From Patescibacteria group bacterium (GTDB lineage: Bacteria > Patescibacteriota > JAHJAL01): DNA of 64,000 nucleotides. The DNA lies in assembly GCA_049322675.1 (NCBI GenBank), contig JBMORM010000009.1, forward strand, positions 291,517 to 355,516. Reading direction: 5' to 3'. Below, piece after piece: positions 10,051 through 17,187 of this stretch (positions within the stretch are counted from its first letter, which is position 1; every line of letters begins with the position of its first letter). The notes under the pieces are model-generated. The model had not been told where the DNA came from. It saw nothing but the letters and a program-made list of their open reading frames with translations, and ran no database searches. A program made the translations under genes and the position numbers.

Positions 10051-10377
10051 TTAGCTTTTTTTCTTTTTTGGTTTGGGGGCGGGAAGTTCGGCGGCGGTGA
10101 TTTTGATCAACTTGCTGAGCCATTCATGATCTTCCAATTTGTCCTCAATCAGAAAACTCATTTTGGCGCCGGGGTAAGCCGGGGCTTCGACTATATTTTT
10201 GATGAATGAGCGTCCGGCAGAAGTTGGTTTAACAAAAAGTTGGTTGTCGCAAACAAGAGCGACTACTTTACCGTCGCAATAGATGGCGTACTCGCCAAAC
10301 ATTTTTCTAAATGTAATGGGGCCGGCATTTTCCATCTGGCTGACGACGTAATTTACAAAGTCTTGGTCGGAGGACAT
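10051..10377 (-). CDS. TfoX N-terminal domain protein
   Basis: ..RKMFGEYAIYCDGKVVALVCDNQLFVK.. matches the TfoX_N signature. A K-rich tail follows. Confidence 0.5.
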   Translation of the reverse strand: MSSDQDFVNYVVSQMENAGPITFRKMFGEYAIYCDGKVVALVCDNQLFVKPTSAGRSFIKNIVEAPAYPGAKMSFLIEDKLEDHEWLSKLIKITAAELPAPKPKKKKS

Positions 10378-10382
10378 AACGA

Positions 10383-11183
10383 TTAATTGATTGAATTATT
10401 TTGCTCACCGCCTTCTCCACCCCATTCCACCACGGTAAATCCTTTTCTTTCAAAAGGTTGAAAGACTTGGGGCTCAATTTCGATTTTTTCGTGAAGTGGT
10501 TTAAAAATCATAAAAACTCGCAGGATTGAATCCGGTTTGGGAGTAATTGTCAGAGGTGCCGTTTTTGTATATTGTTCATCGGCAAAATGAATGAGATTGT
10601 ATTTGTTGTCTTTCATTTTCGGATACCAATAAACGATAAATTCATTGTATTCTTTGGGAGTTAGGCCAATTTTGGCAAGAGTGTCTTGTAAAAATTCTCT
10701 AGTATTTTCTCCTTTGACGACAAAACCTTGAGAGAAGTCCCAATTGATCGTTTCTCTTGATTTACCTTCCCAGAAAAGATAGCTGTATTCATTATTATCA
10801 TCATGGTTAATGATTTTTCCGTCAGGATAAGCGGTTACTTTCCAACCATGAATAATATCATTATATTTTGGATATGAGGCAGTTATAGTTCCTGCATAAT
10901 TTAATTGCACGGTCACATCTTGCTTTTGTTCTGTATATAAATAGATTATTGGTTTGGCCGGAAGGCTAGGAACTGCGCGATAATTATCATTTAAACCATT
11001 TGTCGAATTTGGAATACTTACTGGCTTTTGGTTTTCTGGACACAATATTTCAATATCTAAAAAATTGGAAATGTACCCGGCTTTGGTCAGCCCCGCCCAA
11101 CTAAAGATTATTATTAGAAGAATGATGATAATGACCTGGCCAAATTTTATTTTTGGTTTTTTTGCTAAAGGTTTTTGTTCCAT
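10383..11183 (-). CDS. Hypothetical membrane-anchored or secreted protein
   Basis: An N-terminal TM helix (VIIIILLIIIFSWAGL) is followed by a soluble domain. Confidence 0.4.
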   Translation of the reverse strand: MEQKPLAKKPKIKFGQVIIIILLIIIFSWAGLTKAGYISNFLDIEILCPENQKPVSIPNSTNGLNDNYRAVPSLPAKPIIYLYTEQKQDVTVQLNYAGTITASYPKYNDIIHGWKVTAYPDGKIINHDDNNEYSYLFWEGKSRETINWDFSQGFVVKGENTREFLQDTLAKIGLTPKEYNEFIVYWYPKMKDNKYNLIHFADEQYTKTAPLTITPKPDSILRVFMIFKPLHEKIEIEPQVFQPFERKGFTVVEWGGEGGEQNNSIN

Positions 11184-11221
11184 GATTTTTGAAAATTATT
11201 TTGTAAATTTTAGAAATGACT

Positions 11222-11800
11222 TTAGTGATGATTTTGTTGATTGTTTTTTAGATATTCTATTAATAAACTAACATTATTGATATTGTTATTCCAAAATTGG
11301 ATCATTTGCTTTCTAGGTATTTCGGACTCGGGGTGATTGAGACCCTTTGGGATGAAAATTTCGTTTATCGAAGTTTGTCCTTGTTTTCCCGATTTGATAG
11401 AAATTTTGCCTTCAGCGGAAGAAAAGAATAAAACCGGATTTTGGCCGGGTTCGCAGTATGCCAGACATTCTTTAAAAAATACTTTCCGGTTATTTTTTCC
11501 AGTCATCAATCGCAAAAAATCCTGGGCGGTCAAATATTGATTGACGTATTTTATAAAAGGGCCAGGAAAACCATTTAATGATTCGATAAAGCAACCGGCG
11601 TCTGTCAAGAAAATAGGGTGTTTTAGAATATTCGCCGCAAATTTTGCTGAAAATGAAGCAATTTTCCCCAAGTCATCACTTTGTATTTCTGGAGTATCTA
11701 TAGTTTTTTGCAATAACTCAAAGCCGGAATCTTTGAACGCCACGAGGGCGGTTTGAAATTTATTTTTATTGCCGGTAATGAAGTAAATTTTTTTTAACAT
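11222..11800 (-). CDS. rdgB: Non-canonical purine NTP pyrophosphatase (Ham1/RdgB family)
   Basis: The N-terminus IYFITGNKNKFQTALVAF..TPEIQSDD is the Ham1 signature. The protein is 192 aa. Confidence 0.7.
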   Translation of the reverse strand: MLKKIYFITGNKNKFQTALVAFKDSGFELLQKTIDTPEIQSDDLGKIASFSAKFAANILKHPIFLTDAGCFIESLNGFPGPFIKYVNQYLTAQDFLRLMTGKNNRKVFFKECLAYCEPGQNPVLFFSSAEGKISIKSGKQGQTSINEIFIPKGLNHPESEIPRKQMIQFWNNNINNVSLLIEYLKNNQQNHH

Positions 11801-11838
11801 AATTTTTTGCCTACAAAAATGGCATTTTTGTTATCTTA

Positions 11839-13104
11839 TCAATATTGTCTGATCAAATCTTCGAGCTGATCTCTTTTTCTAATCAAATAGTCTTGTCCTT
11901 GGGAATCGACCAGGACTTCGGCGGGTTTGAGGCGGCAGTTGTAGTTGGAACTCATGGACATACCATACGCGCCGGCGTCTAGAACTCCAAGAATATCGCC
12001 TTCGATAATTGTTGGGAGGGCGCGGTCTTTGGCGATGATATCGCCGCTTTCGCAAATGTTACCGACAACTGTAACGGTTTCGTTTTTGGTATTTTTTCTG
12101 GAAGTGTCACTGTAAATTTCCAGATCATGATAGGCGTCGTACATGATCGGGCGGACGAGAACATTGAAGCCGAGATCGGTGCCAACATATTTTTTACCGC
12201 CACTTTCTTTGATGGTGTGGACTTGACCTAGCAGGACTCCGCATTCGGCGACGACGTATCTGCCGGGTTCAATCATGATCGCTAGTTGTCGATTACTTTT
12301 TTTGATTTCGAGATCAAGTAATTTTTGGAGTTTTTTGCCAAATGATTTTAAATTCATGGGCTTTTCACCTCGTTCTTTGTGATACGGTATGCCAAAACCG
12401 CCGCCTAGATCGACAAATTCCAGGTCGGGAAAATCGGCGGCAAATGCGAGAATAAATGAGACGGCTTTTAGAAAAGAACTGGCAGACATAAAATGTGAGC
12501 CGATGTGTTGGTTTATCCCGACTAAACGAAGTTTATAACGAGTCAGAATTGCTTTTATTTCATCGATAAAGACGGGATTGATACCAAATTTGGTTTTGTC
12601 GCCGGCCGTAATAACTTTTTCATGGTGGCCGGCACCGATGCCCGGGTTGATACGAACGGCCACTTTGCCGCCCGGGTTTGAACGGCCGTAACGTTCGAGT
12701 TGAGACAGAGAATCGGCGCTAAATAAAACACCGGTTTTGACGGCATAAGTTATCTCGTCATCGGAAACATTGTTGCCGACAAAGAAAATTTCTTCCGGTT
12801 TGTAGCCGGCTTGCAACTCGAGAAATATTTCTCCGGCCGACATGGCGTCAACTGACAATCCCTCGGAACGAACAATGCGCAACAATGAAGGATTGGTATT
12901 GGCTTTGGCGGAATAGTTGACACGGAAATTGGGGTAAGAAATAAGGTTTTTCAAATCGCGGCAACGTTGGCGGAGAATATTTTCATTGTAAACATATAAT
13001 GGGGAACCATATTTTTTGATAAGATCAACGGGGTTGGTTTGACCATAAAATGAATTGGCTTTGGTCCAGATTTCGTGGATGTATATTGAATTATTTTTGT
13101 CCAT
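11839..13104 (-). CDS. lysA: Diaminopimelate decarboxylase (PLP-dependent, Orn/DAP/Arg decarboxylase family)
   Basis: A PLP-lysine block is present (YSAKANTNPSLLRIV). The 421-aa length, a Gly-rich loop DLGGGFGI and a C-terminal beta-domain fit lysA. Confidence 0.7.
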   Translation of the reverse strand: MDKNNSIYIHEIWTKANSFYGQTNPVDLIKKYGSPLYVYNENILRQRCRDLKNLISYPNFRVNYSAKANTNPSLLRIVRSEGLSVDAMSAGEIFLELQAGYKPEEIFFVGNNVSDDEITYAVKTGVLFSADSLSQLERYGRSNPGGKVAVRINPGIGAGHHEKVITAGDKTKFGINPVFIDEIKAILTRYKLRLVGINQHIGSHFMSASSFLKAVSFILAFAADFPDLEFVDLGGGFGIPYHKERGEKPMNLKSFGKKLQKLLDLEIKKSNRQLAIMIEPGRYVVAECGVLLGQVHTIKESGGKKYVGTDLGFNVLVRPIMYDAYHDLEIYSDTSRKNTKNETVTVVGNICESGDIIAKDRALPTIIEGDILGVLDAGAYGMSMSSNYNCRLKPAEVLVDSQGQDYLIRKRDQLEDLIRQY

Positions 13105-13206
13105 TTGGCGTCCTTTTTTTTGCTTATGGATTTCCGGTTTTATTCAGATAAAATCAGATGTACTGCGGTAGTTAAATATTAAACGTATTTAAAGGGTTGT
13201 AACGGC

Positions 13207-13554
13207 TTATTTTATTTTTTGCGATAGCCAGATGACGTTGCCGTCCGGATCGGCAAATTGGGTTAAAAGAACATCATTTTTCATTTGACAACGAGTACTG
13301 ATTTCTACGCCGAGCGATTCATAATATTTGGTTGCCGCTTCGCAATCTTCCACTTGAAAACCAATACCGGCATTGCCGATATTGTCGTCGTTGGTAACTT
13401 TTTTAAGTGCTAGATCGAAATTTTCGTCAAAAGCAAGTTCGGACCAATCGTCAGTTTGGTAGAGAACTTTCAATCCGAGTTTGTTTTGATAAAAGTCCAA
13501 AGATTTTTCCATATCTTTGACGGAAAGCATAAAATGACTGGGAGTGGTTTTCAT
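13207..13554 (-). CDS. VOC-family (glyoxalase/bleomycin-resistance fold) protein
   Basis: The 115-aa protein has the N-terminal block HFMLSVKDMEKSLDFYQNKLGLKV. Confidence 0.55.
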   Translation of the reverse strand: MKTTPSHFMLSVKDMEKSLDFYQNKLGLKVLYQTDDWSELAFDENFDLALKKVTNDDNIGNAGIGFQVEDCEAATKYYESLGVEISTRCQMKNDVLLTQFADPDGNVIWLSQKIK

Positions 13555-13581
13555 AATAATATTGGTTTATTTAATATATTC

Positions 13582-13986
13582 TTAGATCGCATGTAATTTA
13601 TTTTCGTTTGATGAATTTTCTGATTGTTTCTTATTGATCTCTTCTACCCTAAATTTGACAATTTTTTTAATAATTGCGAACGGTATTGGCTTATCAATTG
13701 GAAATTGGACTGAACCTTTGGCTTGTTTATATATTGATAATTCTTTTTTGAAAGCCGAAATGGCGGTGGGAGTTGGATAAAAACCAATATGATTTTTATA
13801 GCCGGCAAAGTGGACCAGGTTTTCTGAGAGTACAAAAGTGGGGATGCCGTATTTCATTGCTTCTTTGGCTGCTGGAGCCGATTCTTTTATCACTTGTCTG
13901 ATTTTTTCTAGAATTGTCTGGGTATTTTTGGGAAATGAGGCAATGTAGGAGTCGATATTATTTATTTTTTTGGGCAAAGAAAACAT
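13582..13986 (-). CDS. DUF1801 (YdhG-like) domain protein
   Basis: The pattern ..TQTILEKIRQVIKESAPAAKEAMKYGIPTF..HFAGYKNHIGFYP.. fits DUF1801. Confidence 0.45.
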   Translation of the reverse strand: MFSLPKKINNIDSYIASFPKNTQTILEKIRQVIKESAPAAKEAMKYGIPTFVLSENLVHFAGYKNHIGFYPTPTAISAFKKELSIYKQAKGSVQFPIDKPIPFAIIKKIVKFRVEEINKKQSENSSNENKLHAI

Positions 13987-14042
13987 ATTCTCAATTAATA
14001 ATCAGCTTCAAAATGATGTTTTTGTACAATCGGAAAAAATTT

Positions 14043-14783
14043 TTATGTCATATTGTTTTTTCGCTTTTCGTATTTTCTTCTCACTTTTGTTTTTCGCCAC
14101 TTTTCAATTTTTTCGTGATGTCCGGACAATAGTATTTCCGGGACCTGCCAGCCTTTATACTGGACTGGTTTTGTGTATTGTGGATATTCCAGTAAATTTG
14201 GGGTGCGACCTTTTTTGTTGGCCCTGATGGAAAAAGATTCCCCTTGATGGGATTCGGTTTTTATGACGCCGGGGACGAGGCGACTAACGGCGTCAATGAC
14301 GACCATAGCGGGAATTTCGCCACCGGTTAAAACATAGTTGCCGATGGAAATTTGTTCATCAACCAGATGTTCGCGAATTCGTTCGTCAAAGCCTTCATAA
14401 TGGCCACAGATTAAGATCAATTGATCGTATTTGGCCAGACGGCGGGCGGTTGATTGGTTAAATGTTTTACCTTGAGGGGTTAATAATATTTTATGGGTTT
14501 TTCGTAGGGGCAGGTCGCGATCTGCCCCTACATTTGGGCGGACACTTTGGTCCGCCCCTACGATATCGGTTAAACATCGGTCCATCACATCAACTTTTAG
14601 GACCATGCCGGCTCCGCCGCCATATGGCGTGTCGTCAACTTGTTTGTGTTTGTCGATAGCCCAATTTCTTAAATTATGAAGATTAATATTGATAATCCCT
14701 TTCTGTTGAGCTTTTTTCAAAATACTGACATCAAAGACGCCAATAAACATTTCGGGGAATAAAGTGATAATGTCGAAGATCAT
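14043..14783 (-). CDS. trmD: tRNA (guanine37-N1)-methyltransferase
   Basis: MIFDIITLFPEMF...DDTPYGGGAGMVLKVD...ILLTPQG...ICGHYEGFDERI aligns to TrmD throughout. The track's longer start (14831) translates the upstream repeat (WKLCLENWEFN), so the start is reassigned to the internal Met. Confidence 0.85.
   Translation of the reverse strand: MIFDIITLFPEMFIGVFDVSILKKAQQKGIININLHNLRNWAIDKHKQVDDTPYGGGAGMVLKVDVMDRCLTDIVGADQSVRPNVGADRDLPLRKTHKILLTPQGKTFNQSTARRLAKYDQLILICGHYEGFDERIREHLVDEQISIGNYVLTGGEIPAMVVIDAVSRLVPGVIKTESHQGESFSIRANKKGRTPNLLEYPQYTKPVQYKGWQVPEILLSGHHEKIEKWRKTKVRRKYEKRKNNMT
14504..14561. repeat. Tandem pair of GC-rich perfect hairpins, both ending in GCCCCTAC, lying in-frame inside trmD
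   Basis: GTAGGGGCAG-gtcgcgat-CTGCCCCTAC has a 10-bp stem. GGGCGGAC-actttg-GTCCGCCCCTAC has an 8-bp stem. The composition is very GC-rich against an AT-rich background. The pair encodes ..VGADQSVRPNVGADRDLPL.., about 15 aa extra relative to E. coli TrmD. Confidence 0.6.
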
Positions 14784-14801
14784 AATATTAAATTCCCAAT
14801 T

Positions 14802-14913
14802 TTCAAGGCACAATTTCCAATAAATTCTCAATTTCCAATTTTCAAACGGATTTATTTTTTGAAATTGATCATTGGAAATTTTTTGGAAGCTGGAAATTGG
14901 GAATTGGAAATTT
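14802..14913. repeat. TTCCAAT/ATTGGAA-rich intergenic palindromic repeat (copy A)
   Basis: An imperfect inverted repeat built from ATTTCCAA units flanks a central spacer. It belongs to the family seen again at 15706, 24036, 40250, 45968, 48020, 49140 and 52292. Confidence 0.6.
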
Positions 14914-15652
14914 ATTTTGAATAGAATCTTTTTATTTCTGGCGCTTTGAGCAATCGATAATGTCCCTTGGGGAGGTCGCCGAGTTTGAGATGACCGATCC
15001 GGACTCTAATCAACTTTTGTACCTTCAAACCGACGTTGTGGCACATGCGATATATTTGATGCTTTTTTCCTTCATTGATAGTGATATTAAAACTGATTTT
15101 TTCTCGATCAACTCGAATATTTGTAACATCGGCTGGCTTGGTAAGATAGCCAGAGATCAAAACACCTTTAGTTAACTTTCTGATTGATTCTTCCAGATCC
15201 AAGTCATCAAATCGACTTTTGGCGATAACAAAATATTCTTTACCAATGTGATGTTTGGGATGAGTCAGATAATTGGTGAACTCACCATCGTTGGTCAGTA
15301 TTAACAACCCTTCGGTATCTTTATCCAAACGACCGACGGGATAAACGGGCGGATTGTATGGCACGAGGTCGGTGACTTTTCGGTCGGCATGAATATCAAA
15401 TCTGGTTGAAACATAACCGGCCGGTTTGTGCAGTAGATAGTATATTTTTGACTGAGTCTGAATATTCTTTCGTCCTACTTGGATACGATCAATAGTAGGG
15501 TCAACTTTGGTCCCGAGCTTGTCAACAACGTGACCATTGACCTTGATCAAGCCTTCTTGAATCATGTCTTCGGCCTGCCGACGGGAAGCGACTCCGCATT
15601 GGGAGAGATATTTTTGAAGGCGAATTTTGCTATCAGTGTTTTTCATTGCCAT
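14912..15652 (-). CDS. Pseudouridine synthase, RsuA/RluB family, with an S4 domain
   Basis: An S4 domain is at the N-terminus (LQKYLSQCGVASRRQAEDMI). The catalytic block is RLDKDTEGLLILTNDGEF. Confidence 0.8.
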   Translation of the reverse strand: MAMKNTDSKIRLQKYLSQCGVASRRQAEDMIQEGLIKVNGHVVDKLGTKVDPTIDRIQVGRKNIQTQSKIYYLLHKPAGYVSTRFDIHADRKVTDLVPYNPPVYPVGRLDKDTEGLLILTNDGEFTNYLTHPKHHIGKEYFVIAKSRFDDLDLEESIRKLTKGVLISGYLTKPADVTNIRVDREKISFNITINEGKKHQIYRMCHNVGLKVQKLIRVRIGHLKLGDLPKGHYRLLKAPEIKRFYSK

Positions 15653-15705
15653 CTATAATATTTATTGTTAGAATATGATAATTTTGCGTAGCGAGATAAC
15701 TCGAT

Positions 15706-15845
15706 TAATTCCCAATTTCCAATTCTCAATATTCAAAAAATGTCCAATTTCCAAACGAATGCCAAAAAGAATCATGAAACCAAATTAGTTTGGAAATTGT
15801 GCTTTGGAAATTTATTAGAAATTGAGAATTGAAAATTGGAAATTA
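15706..15845. repeat. TTCCAAT-rich intergenic palindromic repeat (copy B)
   Basis: The left arm cccaatttccaattctcaatattcaaaaaatgtccaatttccaaa mirrors the right arm tttggaaattgtgctttggaaatttattagaaattgagaattgaaaattggaaatt. Confidence 0.6.
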
Positions 15846-15869
15846 TTGGTATTTTTCCACAGGTGTTCA

Positions 15870-15898
15870 TTGACTTTATTCTTGTTGATATGTATAAT
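15870..15898 (+). promoter_or_regulatory. Near-consensus sigma70-type promoter (TTGACT-17 bp-TATAAT)
   Basis: TTGACT is at 15870-15875. The 17-bp spacer is ttattcttgttgatatg. TATAAT is at 15893-15898. Confidence 0.55.
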
Positions 15899-15904
15899 GT
15901 TATG

Positions 15905-16155
15905 ATACTAGAAAATGAGATGTTTATCTAGTATCCCCTTCAAAGGAGGGCAATACAATACGATACTCGAAAGTTTTTTCAAACAAAAACAAAAAAATAT
16001 AAACGAAAAAACTTTCAAACAAAAAGAAAAAAACAAAAATAAATCATAACTTTCGAGTATTGTATTTCACAAACAAAAAGGAGAATATATGTGTCGTATT
16101 ATCCTTTAGAGGAAGAAAAATAATCAATCAAAAAGAAATATCTTACGGATATGAG
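15905..16155 (+). ncRNA. Candidate structured ncRNA of unknown class, forming an orphan promoter-to-terminator unit
   Basis: It sits between a consensus promoter and a strong terminator, with no sizeable + strand ORF. There is a 5' hairpin (gatactag...ctagtatc). A long-range helix (caatacaatacgatactcgaaagtt ... aactttcgagtattgtatt) encloses an A/C-rich ~70-nt loop with a duplicated CTTTCAAACAAAAA motif. Confidence 0.3.
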
Positions 16156-16156
16156 C

Positions 16157-16190
16157 AGGTTTTTGAACCTGTTTTTTTTATTTTTTATAG
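16157..16190 (+). terminator. Rho-independent terminator
   Basis: The hairpin CAGGTT-tttg-AACCTG is followed by TTTTTTTT. Confidence 0.6.
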
Positions 16191-16235
16191 TATAAAATCT
16201 TGACAAATATAATATATGTTGTTTGATATAAAAAT

Positions 16236-17105
16236 TTATTTCTTGCGACCAGAAAAAGATTTTGTTTGTTTTTCCACAGCTTCAAGGAGGTTTTCAAACA
16301 GGGAAACGACGGTCATCGGCCCCACTCCTCCGGGGACTGGTGAAACGGCTTTAGATTTCGATTTTACGTCAAAAAAATCCACATCGCCGGTCAATTGAGA
16401 ACCGGAGATCTTGGTAATGCCGACATCAACTATAACCGCATCCTTTTTTACGTGAGCAGCTTTTATCAGATTTGGCTGACCAGCAGCGACTATCAAAATG
16501 TCGGCTTTGGTTGTTTCATGAGTTAAATCCGGTGTCTGGCGATGACAAATGGTTACGGTAGCATCTTGATGCAACATTAGCAAAGCAGTGGGCAAGCCAA
16601 CTAGACGACTACGCCCGATTATGACTGCTTTTTGGCCAGCAATCGGAATTTGATAGAAATCCAATAGAGAAATAATGCCTTTGGCGGTGGCCGGAAAAAA
16701 ACCACCGGGAATATTGTTGAGTAATTTCCACTGATTAATATAGGTTAATCCGTCAACGTCCTTATCAATGTCGATTACTTGAAGTAATATATTGGGATCC
16801 AAGTGATTGGGCAATGGCAATTGGACAATAATACCATGACAATCTGGATCCTGATTGTCGGCATTTATGGAAGATATTATTTCTTCGGGAGAGGTCTCGG
16901 CGACAAATCTTTTGACGACACATTTGACTCCCAATGCCGAGGCTTTTTTTTGTTTGACGCCAATATATGACAATGACGATGGATTATCGCCAACCAGATA
17001 GATATGAAGGTTTGGAATTATCCCTTTGTTTTTTAAATTATCAATTTTTTTGGCAAGTTTTTCGGTTATTTCACTAGCGACTTTTTTGCCATCCAAAATA
17101 ATCAT
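16236..17105 (-). CDS. folD: Bifunctional methylenetetrahydrofolate dehydrogenase/cyclohydrolase
   Basis: The N-terminus is MIILDGKKVASEI.. The protein is 289 aa with a Rossmann block VVIGRSRLVGLPTALLM. Confidence 0.85.
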   Translation of the reverse strand: MIILDGKKVASEITEKLAKKIDNLKNKGIIPNLHIYLVGDNPSSLSYIGVKQKKASALGVKCVVKRFVAETSPEEIISSINADNQDPDCHGIIVQLPLPNHLDPNILLQVIDIDKDVDGLTYINQWKLLNNIPGGFFPATAKGIISLLDFYQIPIAGQKAVIIGRSRLVGLPTALLMLHQDATVTICHRQTPDLTHETTKADILIVAAGQPNLIKAAHVKKDAVIVDVGITKISGSQLTGDVDFFDVKSKSKAVSPVPGGVGPMTVVSLFENLLEAVEKQTKSFSGRKK

Positions 17106-17107
17106 AG

Positions 17108-17180
17108 AAAATTTTTAATTTTTAATTTTTAATTTTTAAACGATTTCTGTTTAGAAATTAAAAATTAAAATTTAGAATTG
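17108..17180. repeat. AT-only palindrome (aatttttaattttt... / ...aaattaaaaattaaaattt) between folD and the PBP gene
   Basis: An inverted repeat made of TTTTTAA units. A possible weak terminator. Confidence 0.4.
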
Positions 17181-17187
17181 AAGATCG

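Noticed and set aside
14784-14831. N-terminal extension MRIYWKLCLENWEFN on the trmD ORF
   Set aside because: It is a translation of the TTCCAAT intergenic repeat. Conserved TrmD begins at the internal MIFDIITLFPE, so the extension is an ORF-caller artefact.
15915-16049. 44-aa K/Q-rich mini-ORF (MRCLSSIPFKGGQYNTILESFFKQKQKNINEKTFKQKEKNKNKS) in the orphan transcription unit
   Set aside because: It has no ribosome-binding site. Its low-complexity sequence derives from the A-rich loop of the predicted RNA helix. The ncRNA interpretation is favoured, but a small protein is not fully excluded.
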